NCBI RefSeq assembly: GCF_009914755.1 | Contig: NC_060930.1 | Length of the DNA: 64,000 nucleotides | Direction: 5' to 3' (one strand) | From: the human T2T-CHM13v2.0 reference genome, Homo sapiens | Shown here: positions 1 through 12,951 of the stretch, piece by piece | Layout of the letters: every line of letters begins with the position of its first letter | Numbering within the stretch: position 1 is the first letter of the stretch | Notes under the pieces: model-generated | What the model was told of the DNA's origin: nothing | What the model saw: only the letters and a program-made list of their open reading frames with translations | Databases searched by the model: none | Program-made: the position numbers and the translations under genes

Positions 1-707
1 CCAGGAGCCATCTGGGGCTGGGAACTAGCCCTGGCATTCAGGTACCACTTCAGGGTTTCCAGATTTCTGACTCTACAGCCTCAGCTTCAGCTTTGCTTCT
101 CCATACACTCAGTGTTTTCTCTCCTAAGATCACACATTGACTTTGTATCCTGAGACTTTGCTGAATTTGCTTATCAGCTTAAGGAGATTTTGGGCTGAGA
201 TGATTAAATCAACCAATTTATGTTGATTAACTCAATAATTTGGTCTCTCTCGGTGAAAGCAGTGCTTCCTGGCTGCAACTAATTGGACATCTTGTCCCTT
301 CCCATCTGTGTAACACATTTTTTATACATGCTTTATTTTGTCATAATTTTAGCTTTACAGAAAAGTTGCAAAGATGGCAAAGAATTCCCATATACACCTC
401 AACCAGTTTCACTTTCACTTAATGTTACATTTCTCTGGTACATTTTTCAAAATTCAGAAACTAACATTGGTATGTTACTACTACCAAAATTCTAGACTAT
501 CTTTGGATTTCAGCAAGATTTTCTTTAACATCCTTTTTTTGTTGCAGAATCCCATCCAGGACACTCCATTGCCTTTAGTTGTCATGTGTTTCAGTTTCCT
601 GAATCTCTGTTATCTTGTTTTTCATGATGTTGATAATTCTGAGTACTGCTCAGGTATCTTACAGAATGCACTTCAATCATGGTTTGTCCAATGTTTTCTA
701 ATGGTTA

Positions 708-869
708 TGTTACGGGATCCTTGGGTTATCACTTCACCAGCTGAAAACCTCTGTGGCTAGTGGCACTTATGCTGGGGTTTTGCTCAGGCCCACTGGCCCA
801 CTCAGCCTGGCAGCCTGTGCTCAGCTTACATTACCAGCCTGGATACTGCACACAGCCAGGCATGCTTGC
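708..869 (-). mobile_element. Truncated ERV1 LTR end, MER52-like
   Basis: Begins TGTTACGGGATCCTTGGG...AAACCTCTGTGGC...GCCTGGCAG, resembling a MER52 terminus; ends abruptly at an L1 junction. Confidence 0.55.
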
Positions 870-1872
870 TGATATTTCTGGTTCTAGATCCTTGTGGGAG
901 TGTAAATTAATTCAACCATTGTGGAATGCCACAGTAAACATACATGTACATGCATGTTTATAGTAGAATGATTTATAATCCTTTGGGTATAAACCCAGTA
1001 ATGGGATTGCTGGGTCAAATGATATTTCTGGATCTGGTTCTAGATCCTTGTGGAATTGCCACCCTGTCTTCCACAATGGTTGAATTAATTACACTCCCAC
1101 CAACAATGTAAAAGCATTCCTATTTCTCCACATCCTCTCCAGCATCTGTTGTTTCCTGACTTTTTAATGGTCACCATTCTAACTGGCGTATGATGGAATC
1201 TCATTGTGGTTTTGATTTGCGTTTCTCTAATGATGAGTGATGATGAGCTTTTTTCATGTTTGTTGGCTACATAAATGTCTTCTTTTGAGAAGTGTCTGTT
1301 CATATCCTTTGCCCACTTTTTGATGGGGTTGTTTTTTTCTTGTAAATTTGTTTAAGTTCTTTGTAGACTCTGGATATTAGCCCTTTGTCAGATGGATGGA
1401 TTGCAAAAATTTTCTCCCATTCTGTAGGTTGCCTGTTCACTCTGATGATAGTTTCTTTTGCTGTGCAGAAGCTCTTTAGTTTAATTAGATCCCATTTGTC
1501 TATTTTGGCTTTTGTTGCTATTGCTTTTGGTGTTTTAGTCATGAAGTCTTTGTCCATGCCTATGTCCTGAATGGTATTGCCTAGGTTTTCTTCTAAATCT
1601 TTTATGGTTTTAGGTTTTATGTTTAAGTCTTTAATCCATCTTGAGTTAATTTTTGTATAAAGTGTAAGGAAGTGGTCCAGTTTCTGTTTTCTGCATGTGG
1701 CTAGCCAGTTTTCCCAACACCATTTATTAAATAGGGAATCTTTTCCACATTGCTTGTTTTTTTCAGGTTCATGGAAGATCAGATGGTTGTAGATGTGTGG
1801 TGTTATTTCTGAGGCCTCTGTTCTGTTCCATTGGTCTATATATTTGTTTTGGTACCAGTACCATGCTGTTTT
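870..1872 (-). mobile_element. L1PA fragment (ORF2 C-terminal region)
   Basis: Minus-strand ORFs 1085-1557 translate to L1 ORF2 ([33 protein letters not shown]; [10 protein letters not shown]). Confidence 0.92.
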
Positions 1873-3439
1873 TAAAACCTGTTTTATAAAAAAGGGAATT
1901 ATTGTGAGACTTCAATGAGCCAGTGCATACACATCTAGATTTTGGACAGTGCCTGAAACATAGGAAGGATCTAATGAATGTAAGCCAGTTATCATTAATA
2001 GTATGATTAGCATTAATCATTAGTAATAATCATTACTCATAATATTGAGTCATTATTTCAGCTTGTCATGTGTATGAAAAAGCAGAGATATAATTTATTA
2101 TTGGTAATCCCAGTGCTTATTGTAATTTTATAATATTATGATATGAAATGATTAAATGTATATGTCACTTCTTTGTTTCTAGCATAGTGCAGAGAACATA
2201 GTTTCCTCATAAGTGAAAGTCAAGTCAATAGTAGGAGATATTTGGTTATCTGAAGGGCATAGCTGATAACAGTAATTGACTCAGCAGCTCTTCCTTCTTA
2301 TTCTATTATTTTCACAGCCTCTACTCCTCTTCACCTTTTATATGGCACTGGTGCCAGTTCATTTATCAATTCTTTTTTTTTTTTTTTTGCATTATCAGTA
2401 AATAAACTTATCCCTTGACAAGAGAATGGTGATTCCACTGTTATCTTAAACCTTTTCTTATTTATGCATCCTGCATATATCAAAAGAAACCTCAAATACC
2501 ACTGATTCTTTTTCAATTAAAAAATTCCCACTGACTTTTTTATGTGTGGAGATATAATAAGCAAATTTTCATTCAAAAGTTTCAAAGGATAAGAAGGATT
2601 TTTGGAATCACTAAAAATACTTGATATTTATTTCAAGGTTCCCTGGAAACAAATTGGACATTCTGATTACTTAACATGATGCAACCCAGAGGTAATGATG
2701 TAGGTTAGATGATCTTGAAAGACCCTTCCCAATCATGGTAACATAATTCTCTGTGGTAGACACCACTCGCCTTTATTCTAAGTGTCCTAGAGATATCCAT
2801 GCCTTTCTTTGTGTTGTGTTTCAAGGAAGTCTGGTGCAAAGACTGATACATGCAATGATGTTTTGAGCTTTCAACTCTTTTGCCATTCTGACTCAACTAC
2901 CTTTTGCCCACAGATTGAGAATAAAATTATCATGTATCTTGCACTGCCTTAAGAACATATAAGTAAAAATCTTAAGATGAGGTAAAAGTGTGTTACAGAT
3001 AATGTCTTCAGTCACCGGGATATTTTTGACTGACATGGGCTGTCCTTGCCAGGTTCCTAATGGATTTCCACAATGAGAAGCTGATTTTATAGACATTAGT
3101 AACATTTGCACTGTCACAGAGAGAAGGTTGTGGCTTTTAATAAAACCAGCCAGTATTTATTAAAGTCCTACTATTCTCACAATGTTGTGTCCTTTATTTT
3201 AACCTTAGGGATTCTGAGTCCCTCAAGTTTAATTGGTCATTGTGTCCCCAGAGGCAATAAGTTAACTCTATTCCCAATTGCACTGGTGGCATAATACTGA
3301 CACATAGGTAGTTCACAAATTCTAAAACTAGGGTGAAGATTAGAGTTATAAAACATGAACTATGAAAAATAGGTTTGGAATGTATTAATTTGAAGAGCAT
3401 AAGGCTAAATAAACATACAGCCACAAATTTCTTTATTTT

Positions 3440-3910
3440 TCATTTTTAAATTTTATAGCTGTATTGAGATATAATTTATTTACAATACAGTTCACCCATT
3501 TAAAGTGTACAAGTCAATGATTTTTGGTATATTTCATTACTAATTTATAACATTGTGGTAATATATAACATAAAATTTGCCATTTTAACTATTTTTAAGT
3601 GTACAATTTAATGGTGTTAATTATATTCATACTATTGTGTAAATCTTGCCACTATTTTCTAAACTTTTTCGTCATCCCAAACAGAAACTCTAACCCTTAG
3701 TGATAACTCTCCATTCCCCTCCCCCATCCCCTAGTAACTTTCAACCTACCTTATGTCTGTATGAATTTGCATGTTCCAGATATTTCATATTATTGGAAAC
3801 ATACAATTTTTGCCCTTTTAGGTCTGGCTTATTCATTTAGCATAAGATGTACATATTGCTTTATAGCCTGCTTTTTCACTTAGCAGCATATTGTGAGAAT
3901 GTTCATGGTT
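3440..3910 (-). mobile_element. Old L1M 3' UTR fragments
   Basis: TTCACCCATTTAAAGTGTACA, TTTGCCATTTTAACTATTTTTAAGTGTACA and GTCTGGCTTATTCATTTAGCAT are typical of L1M 3' ends. Confidence 0.6.
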
Positions 3911-4356
3911 AGGCAGGGACTAGGCAGTGGAGTTGGGTGGAATTTTGCAAACCATACTTAGGAGTTTGGATTCTGTTTTGTAGGACTTGGTCTCAGGGTC
4001 AAATAGGGAGTCTTTTGATGGTGTATATAGGAAAATGGTATTTCTATTGTTTACTGATTTTTTTGTGATGAATATGCTTGGACTAAATCTCCCAAAGATC
4101 TGTGGTTAAAATATTATTTATATCATATGATGTCATTTAACATAAATTAACACACTGAAGTTTAAGGTTAGCATTAATTCACTGGAGCAGAACAAGTAGA
4201 AATAATGAGATTGCAACTGGAATAGTTTTTGAAAATAAGAAGATTTATGCAATGTATAACTTAATAAGTGCTCACCAAAGATTTTCAGTGAAATAAAGAA
4301 AATTATAATTAAATTAAATATCTAGTATCAGCCTGGATATAGCCTGGATATATATT

Positions 4357-4673
4357 GTTTGTTTGTTTTGTTTTGTTTTGTTTTGTTTTTAAGACAGGAT
4401 CTCACTCCCATGGCCCAGGCTGGAGTGCAGTGGTGCGATCACAGGTCACTGCAGCCTCGACTTCCCAGGCTGAGGTCATCCTCCCGCCTCAGCTGCCTGA
4501 GTAGCTGGTACCACAGGTGCACGCCACCAAGCCCAGCTAATTTTTGTATCTTTTGTAGAGATGGTGTTTTAATACATTGCCCAGGCTGGTCTCCAACTCC
4601 TGGGTTCAGGCCATCCACCTGCCTTGGCCTCTCAAAGTGCTGGGATTACAGGTGTGAGCCATGGCACCTGGCC
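4357..4673 (-). mobile_element. Alu (AluJ-like) with (TTTTG)n-converted tail
   Basis: Reverse Alu consensus (CCCAGGCTGGAGTGCAGTGG...AAAGTGCTGGGATTACAGG). Confidence 0.93.
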
Positions 4674-4724
4674 ACATGCTCGTATTTTAATGTATTTGTT
4701 TCCCCTTACTTTTCTTTTGTGTAT

Positions 4725-5023
<299 letters not shown>

Positions 5024-5318
5024 ATATCATGTATTTTTATAAATTGTAAACTGACATATGTAAAACAATCATTTTCTAATTTATAAAATTTTCTTGATAT
5101 GCAGTTTTTGAAGCTATGTAACATTCTTTTTTAAATTAATAATTCATATATACATTATATATGTACATATATATACTTTCTCATTCTTCTACAATTAAAT
5201 ATATTTTCTGAATTTGTCACCTTATACTATAGATCATTCAGAATAAAGTGCTTTCCATATGTGATCTCTTTTAGACTGTTTATCAGAAATGATGTCAGTG
5301 AATTAAAAGTATTAGTAT

Positions 5319-5619
5319 AGGCTGGGTGAGGTGGCTTACACTGTAATCCTAGCACTTTGGGAGGCTGAAGTGGGAGGATTACTTGAATTCAGGAGTTTGA
5401 GACCAGCCTGGGTGACATGATGAACTCCTGTTTCTACTAAAAATGCAAAAAAAAAAAATTAGCCAGGCATGGTGGTGCATACCTATAGTGTCAGCTACTC
5501 TGAAGACTGAGGTGGGAGGATTGCTTGAGCCTGGGAGGTGGAGGTCACAGTGAGCCAAGATTGTGCCAGTGCACTCCAGCTGGGGCAACAAAGCAAGACC
5601 CTGTCTCAAGAAAAAAAAT
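5319..5619 (+). mobile_element. Alu (AluJ/S-like)
   Basis: GGCTGGGTGAGGTGGCTTACACTGTAATCC..., A-rich linker and tail. Confidence 0.93.
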
Positions 5620-5879
5620 TTTTAGAAGTGTTAGTATATAACAAATACATATTTCGAATTGCTTTTAAAAGGAATAGAATTGTTTGGACTTGAATTATAA
5701 TAGAAAAGTAATTTTAGACAACTTATAAAAGCATAAATCTCACAAACATCATTGAAGAGATATACATATGTGTGTGTGTATATATATATATATATGCCTC
5801 CTCTTTTGATTTTCCTTATATCTTTTCAATTTTAATGTTGAATCCTAAATTATCCTCAGGGTTGTAAAGTTGCTTTTAT

Positions 5880-8838
5880 TTTCCCTATTCCCCTTTAAAT
5901 CCTAAGGTATACAATAGTGGTACTTCCTGTCATATCTTCATTTGCATTAGCAGTCAGACCCCTGAAATAAATCAGACAGATATTGGGATGACAGTAGCAA
6001 ATTACCACAGATTGAAATAAGTAGTAGCCCCAATTGAATCTGCTGGAAGAGATATGTTATCCTTGATAGAGTATATTAGCATGTTACTGAGTACCCCGTA
6101 TGCATACATTGATCTGGTAAATGTTTTCTTTTTCATCCTTATCAGGAAACATGATCAGGGAGTTTGCACTCACTTGGAGCTGACAATACTATACCATGTC
6201 CCAGAGCTATGCTAGGTTTTTCATCTTCCATCATAAAATACTGAAGAGAACGGGACTAGCTGTATATTCTGTAGGCCGTCACACTGGCCAACTATATCTA
6301 ACACATCATGCGTATCAGACAATATGAACAAGAAGTGGTCAATACATTAAAAGCCTTGATAAGACACATGTGATCCAGAGAGTGAGTGTTGCACTCCATA
6401 AAGATTCAGGGACCTAAAGCATAAAAGTTTTAAGTGTTTATTGGTCTGGGGCACTATGAGACATTCTATCTAAAGTAAAGGATACATTTTTGCATTATGC
6501 ATTTCCTATCATAAAAAAGAAGCAAAGTGCCTGGCAGACCTCTCTGTACTTTGTAGTAAGCATATTTGACACTATCGAGTACTGTTCTAATTCATCCACT
6601 AGGTGCTGTATTTGAATGGCCTTCAGGGTAAGAATGGGCTCTATAGCAAGTCTAAATTTCACCATAAATGAGGTGGAATTTATGGCAAGTTTATGGGAAG
6701 ATCATAACAAAATTCTTAGGGTTTTGATAAAACTCTGCTATCTACAGCACAGGATTGTATACATTTCAAAAATAAAGCCCTGGTGTTTTACTGAATTCTG
6801 GGTAGAGAAATAACATCTGACCATGGAACAACAAATAACCATGCAGGCAAAACTACCCATATGAGCTGGGGACTGTCTGAACCATCAAGTTATTAGGTTG
6901 AGTGGATACAGAGCAATCACTGTAACACGGCATTAGTACATCCAGGATTGACCACAGCATGACTAGAGGGCAGAGGCAAACAGTATGAGCAAGTAGCCCA
7001 GGACTTCATGCTATTCACCACTTTTGCATCAATATCTCTTCTTCAGACCACACTTACGCCTCCAAGAGAGAACACTTCCAACTCTAATGGAGGAGAAAAA
7101 TGTCAAGCTTGGTTCATTAATGGGTCAGCTTGGTATGTGAGTCCAAGTCAAAAAGGATGAAGATAAATTATAGCCTCGCTTACGGTGATCTTGAAAAATA
7201 GTAGTGAGGAAAACGCCTCCCAATGGACAGAGTTTCAGATGGTACCCAGTCATTCACTTTGTGTGGAAAGAGAAGTAGTTTGAAGTTAGAATATGTATAA
7301 CTCATAGGTAGTGATAAATGGCTTAGGAGGCTTTTCAGGTGGCTGGAAAGAAAAAGATAGAAACACTTGGAAAAAAGAAGTCTGGAACAGAGGCACATGC
7401 ATAAACATATAAGAGTGAAGGTATGAAGTGTTGCATTATTTGTATTACATGCTAAAACTACAAGATGGAATCCATCATAGAAAATGAATTAAGCAACTAG
7501 GTAGAAAATGTGACTTGGCGAGCAGTTATTGTCAAGAGCTTCTGACATTTGCCCTCATTATCCTACCTGCAATGCTAGAGCAATGAGCTTATGAATGAAG
7601 TCACCATGATAGTAGGGATAGAAGCAATGCATGGGTTTAACAGCATGCATTATAGCCACTGGTCAAACATCCAGTCTTCCATCAATAAGTGTCCCATGCA
7701 ATGACTGGATAAAATAGTTTCCCATCAAAAATCAACCAGTTATTTAATGTCAAGTTGATGACACTGGACTTTTTCTACTTTGAATGTAGCAATTTTTTTT
7801 GGTAGGAATAGATACACATACTCCAGGCATGGGTTTCTATTCCTGAACATAAGTTCTCAGCCAGCATGACTGTCTAAAGGCTTATAGGATGTTTGACGCA
7901 GCAGCAGGAGATCCCACATACCATTGTATCAGAAAAAAGGGCCGACTTAATGGCAAAGAAAGTGTAGGAGTGGACTTATGACCATGGAATCCATTGGCCA
8001 TATCACATATTGCACTATCATAAGTGATCTATTAGAGTCATGGAGGGATCTGTTGAAGCTACACCTGAAATTCCAGCTCAGATGAAATGTCATCCTTCAA
8101 GACCCAGTACTTTAAATCAATTATCTTTCTATGGTGCTGTGTCCTCACTAGGAAGAATGCATGGTTTAGAAACCAAAAGGTGAAAGCCCTTCTTAGAATC
8201 CCTACCAGTAACTCATTTGAGAAATTTGTGTTTTTTTTCTCCACAATTATAAGCTCTGTGAGTTTAGAGGTTCTAGCTCTCTAAAGGGAAATATTCCCAC
8301 TAGGGGGTACAAAAGGTACACTAGGAAGTGTATACTTTGTTTAATTATGATGGTAAATGACCAAAGGCAATGAGATTAACTAAAAAAAGCCATAGTGATC
8401 AGGGGCTCAGACACTTCCGGATCATGACACCAGGTAAACCACTGAGAGCAGGAGAGGTGCCAGATAAGGGTGAGAGCAACACAGAATGAATAGTAAGAAG
8501 GAGATGGTGACCATAGTTTGTAGGACTTAAGACCAGCCGCAGTGGTGGTCCTCTTCTAAGTTTCCTCCAGATACAGAGGCCCACTATAGCCCTGTAAGAG
8601 CTTTTCCCAGATCTTTTTTAATCAATTAATTAATTAATTTTTTTATACTTTAAGTTCTAGGGTACATGTGCACAACGTGCAGGTTTGTTACATGTGTATA
8701 CATGTGCCATGTTGGTGTGCTGCACCCATTAACTCGTCATTTACATTAGGTATATCTCCTAATGCTATCCCTGCCCCCTCCCCCACCCCACACCAGATCT
8801 TATACAAAGGAGTAGATCTGAAATTAAAGGAATAGACA
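5880..8838 (+). mobile_element. Ancient ERVL-class internal region (HERV16/ERV3-16A3-like pol/integrase remnant)
   Basis: Degenerate pol-like stretches (GACATTCTATCTAAAGTAAAGGAT...AAAGAAGCAAAGTGCCTG; GGAATAGATACACATACTC; CATGGAATCCATTGGCCATATCAC), directly followed by an LTR16-like LTR; no open ORF. Confidence 0.7.
8616..8792 (-). mobile_element. 5'-truncated L1PA 3' end inserted in the ERVL
   Basis: L1PA 3' UTR; 9-bp TSD CCAGATCTT at 8607-8615 and 8793-8801. Confidence 0.9.
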
Positions 8839-9295
8839 GTGTTGGAAGTTATAATGCTTTACTCAGATAACACTTTCAGAATGAAGGCATTATTACTTCA
8901 GCTGCTAGATGTGCTACAGGTAGATAGAGCTCAGCTGAGATCCTTCTTTCTGGGTTGCCTCAGCTAAACAGAGTTGCTTCATCTAAACATATGGCCCTTT
9001 TCCATGTAATCTGCATTCAACACTGACCAACAAGGAGATTTAAGGCTTGCCGTTGGCCTCAGCTCAGAACATCAATGAATTGTCATCTCATATTGAGAAC
9101 TTCCTACAGGGTTCAGTGAAACTTTAGTAGTTTGCATTACAAACTTCCAAAGTAGGTAGTTTGCATTACTTCCTTTCCTCAATCATGCTACCCACCCTTT
9201 CCTTTGAAAGATGTTGATCCAAAAAATGTTCCCTAGTAAACTTTCTAAATGCTGATCTCCATCCCTGAGTCGGCTTCCTGGGAAACTCCATTCTC
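8839..9295 (+). mobile_element. LTR16-like 3' LTR
   Basis: TG start after a purine tract; ends ...CCCTAGTAAACTTTCT...GCTGATCTCCATC..GAGTCGGCTTCCTGGGAA, like the LTR16 U5. Confidence 0.65.
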
Positions 9296-9296
9296 A

Positions 9297-9400
9297 TCTC
9301 TCTCTCTATATATATATCTATATATAAAATATATACATTATATATGTAATATATAAAATACATGTATAATATATAATACATATGTATTATATGTATACAG
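9297..9400. repeat. (CT)n/(TA)n-rich microsatellite
   Basis: Seen directly. Confidence 0.85.
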
Positions 9401-11419
9401 GGAACAAGAAGAGTGAAACATTTAAGAAAGAAAGTTAATTTAGGGATGCATTAGCCAGGTTGTGTGTAATGAGAGCTCAGTTCTCTAAAGGCCTTCTGAA
9501 AAGCACACAGGATGTTTTTGCCTGAAGGGAGAGCTGCTGGACCATTTATTCCTAGTTAAAATTCTTCATTGTTGGAGGATTTCCCCTAGGGTCATTAAGC
9601 ATTTTGTACTTCTAGGCAGCACTTGTCTATATGCCAAATGGGCTCCCATGGTGTCAGACAAGCCTTGGGGCCAAGGGAAGCCCTATACAGCATACTTGAG
9701 GTAGGTCACTGTCAGTATGTGTGAGATAATCTGAGTTCACACACAACTGTCCCTTGCAGCTCTGCTGAAATTAGAGCTGGGCTGAAGAGATGTGATACAC
9801 TGGTACTAGAGGCATCTACTTTAGAAGGTGAGATAGAAATGCTGTATTTTACATTTACAACCATAGGAATGGAGGTGTGCTGGCTTTTACCATGAACTCC
9901 CCCAGATAGTGTTCTGAAAAGCAGAGGAGGCCAACTAAAATAAAATCACAGGGAAAACTATATTTGCAGGAAGAAGATAATCTCAAGAGAAGCAGAGATT
10001 AAGAGTATTCTTGAATTTTGCATAGTAAAAACCATCTAGTCTAAGACTGTCTCCCCTAACCAAGGACCTTTTACAAATAGTTGATCCAGGGGGAAAAAAA
10101 AAAGCATCTACTTCAATGATTAGTAATTTAAAAGGAACTGGAAGAGATAAGACATATGGATGCATACATATATAAAAATAGCTAGATAGAGACCTGCAGG
10201 TGATAATATACAAGAAAGAAAATGGGGAAAGGAAAAGCAATCTGAATAGACAAAAAACGAAACCAGTAGTTAGTGGTTATGAAGTGGATGAAAATCGAAG
10301 GGTGGGATAAGAGGCAGGTTGATTCTGAACATGGAAAAATCTACAAGACTGAGATTCTTTAAAACATCAAACTACTCTTCTACTTTAATATAATATCAAA
10401 CTCAAATTCACAACCAAAGTGGTAACATTTCATCACTAATTTGAAAAATTCTAAATAAAATAAAGGAAAAATAACACACACACAAAACAGAGAATATATA
10501 GATTTTCTAGAATGCACAGCATAGTAAAGACAAACATGAGTAAAATTATGGTGAAATTTAAGCCATGAGGGTCAGTGCATCTTAATGCCCTGTGACATTG
10601 TACTTGAGGGTTTACCAGTAGATTAATACCCTTTAAGCATGAGAATTACTGATTGAGAGAACTTCAAATGAATTTGCTTCTAGTGTGTTGATAAAGTTAA
10701 ATGTGATTTATCATAGGTGGGTAAGAATATGGTTGGTAGATAGGAGACAACAGGGCTAGGATATTCAGAAAATAACCTCCAGCAAGCTTTGTAAAAGCAA
10801 AAGCATATATTGATGTAAAAACTTTACATATGTAATTGCATGATATACCATCATGTTGCTCAAACTGCATTAAAGTGTGATTGAGAATTCACCACAATGT
10901 ATGTTGATGTAATAGTAAATATCAGATTATGTCATAATTTTTCTTAGAATTATGGCTTGAGTGATCTATTTGACACAGTTATTATTGTTAATGATTTTAA
11001 ATATTTTCATCTAATTTCAAGCTTTTGGTTTTCTTTAATGTACTTTATCATTCTTCATCAAAGAAGGTCATGTAGAAATATAATGTTTCTTTTTTCTAGA
11101 TGTTATTTTTACTCATGCTCTGCAAAACTTTGGTAATAAATTTTGGTTTCTGGAACAATCCATTGAACAGTTTCATCATCATGATAATTATTGCTAACTT
11201 ACATTGAACAGTTACTTTGTGCCAAGAACACTTTTTAGTATTTCCCACATTTGCACATTTAATCTCTCCAACAAGCATATGTAGGTTTTTAATTTTGCTC
11301 ATTTTCCAAATACAAAATCTAAGGAAAGAACTAAAGTAAGAACAAAAATGTTAACTACTTTTCCTAACATCACACAGCATGAAGGTGGCTGAGGGAGAAT
11401 TCAAGCTCATCAATAACAG

Positions 11420-11600
11420 ACAGAGTGAAAAGGAGGAATGGAGAAGAGGAGAATGAGAGAGAAAAAAGAGAAGATAAAGGGAGAAGATCCAGGGAGAGAA
11501 GAGGGGAAGCAAAAAAGAGAGAAACATGGGAGACAGAGAGTGAAATAAATCAAGATACAAGGTCACAGAGAAATAAGAGAACAAAAGAAATAGAGAAAGT
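11420..11600. repeat. GA-rich low-complexity tract
   Basis: Nearly pure purine + strand. Confidence 0.8.
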
Positions 11601-11834
11601 TATAAAGCTAATAGGCAGTGATTAGAACTATGTAATAAATGTGGTAAATGTATACTCTTTGAGAGCACAGATGAAACACATCTAATATTTAGCAAAGTGA
11701 TTTTCACTAGCAGGTGCTTACATGTATTTTATATAATATTTATAATGAACAATTTTAATCAGAGACAAAATATGAGGAAGATGTAAAAGAGGAAGAGAGA
11801 GAGTGAATGATGAATATCAAAGATTAAAGCACTT

Positions 11835-11866
11835 CACTAAATCTTGTATTTTTTCCCAAAATACAG
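11835..11866 (+). promoter_or_regulatory. Putative 3' splice acceptor of the OR coding exon
   Basis: CACTAAA branch-like motif, TCTTGTATTTTTTCCC tract and TACAG (AG 11865-11866), about 140 nt before the OR ATG. Confidence 0.5.
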
Positions 11867-12007
11867 CTGGTGAAAATCTTATCCTTGAGTAGAAAGGAAT
11901 CAAACAAGTCATATACCACCCGTCTTCCTGTCTGTACTGGAACCATCACAGGCTTTTGAGGAACTACTTTTGAACCGTTCCCCAGAGAGGCATTTGCCCC
12001 AGTAGCT

Positions 12008-12951
12008 ATGATTATAATTTGCAATGACAGCCACAGTGATTTCATCCTTCTGGGCTTCTCTAACAAGCCACATTTGGAGAAGATACTTTTTGGATCATTT
12101 TTATTTTTTATTTTTTGACTCTTGCAGGAAATATGGTCATAGTTCTTGTGTCCTTGAAGGATCCAAAACTCCACATCCCTATGTATTTCTTTCTTTCCAA
12201 CCTTTCCTTGGTAGACCTCTGTTTGACCAGCAGCTGTGTTCCACAGATGTTGATTAACTTCTGGGGCCCAGAAAAGACCATCAGCTACATTGGCTGTGCC
12301 ATTCAACTCTATGTTTTTTTGTGGCTTGGGGCCACGGAATATGTCCTTCTTGTTGTCATGGCTGTGGATTGTTATGTAGCAGTGTGTCATCCACTGCAAA
12401 ATACCATGATCATGCACCCAAAACTTTGTCTGCAGCTGGCTATCTTGGCATGGGGGACTGGCTTGGCCCAGTCTCTGATCCAGTCCCCTGCCACCCTCCG
12501 GTTACCCTTCTGCTCCCAGCGGATGGTGGATGATGTTGTTTGTGAAGTCCCAGCTCTGATTCAGCTCTCCAGTACTGATACTACCTACAGTGAAATTCAG
12601 ATGTCTATCGCCAGTGTTGTCCTCCTGGTGATGCCCTTGATCATTATCCTTTCCTCTTCTGGTGCTATTGCTAAGGCTGTGCTGAGAATTAAGTCAACTG
12701 CAGGACAGAAGAAAGCATTTGGCACCTGCATCTCTCACCTTCTTGTGGTTTCTCTCTTTTATGGCACTGTCACAGGTGTCTACCTTCAACCAAAAAATCA
12801 CTATCCTCATGAATGGGGCAAATTTCTCACTCTTTTCTACACTGTAGTAACCCCAACTCTTAATCCCCTCATCTACACTCTAAGGAACAAGGAGGTAAAG
12901 GGAGCACTAATAAGATTGGGGAGGAGGACCTGGGATTCCCAGAATAACTAA
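12008..12951 (+). pseudogene. OR2H4P: Olfactory receptor family 2 pseudogene with one frameshift
   Basis: ATG 12008 reads MIIICNDSHSDFILLGFSNKPHLEKIL, then a 1-nt deletion in the T run at 12087-12091, then the 278-aa ORF with LHIPMYFFLSNLS, MAVDCY (DRY lost), KAFGTCISHL, PTLNPLIYTLRNKEV. OR pseudogene call is firm; the symbol is inferred from recalled cluster order. Confidence 0.85.

Noticed and set aside
204-230. Small hairpin AATCAAC...GTTGATT next to a 70-bp L1 scrap
   Set aside because: A 7-bp arm in AT-rich DNA is expected by chance.
11824-12417. 197-aa minus-strand ORF
   Set aside because: Antisense shadow of the OR coding sequence; no recognisable domain.
12115-12951. 278-aa ORF as an intact OR gene
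   Set aside because: Starts at TTG mid-TM1; the true N-terminus is in another frame and DRY is mutated.
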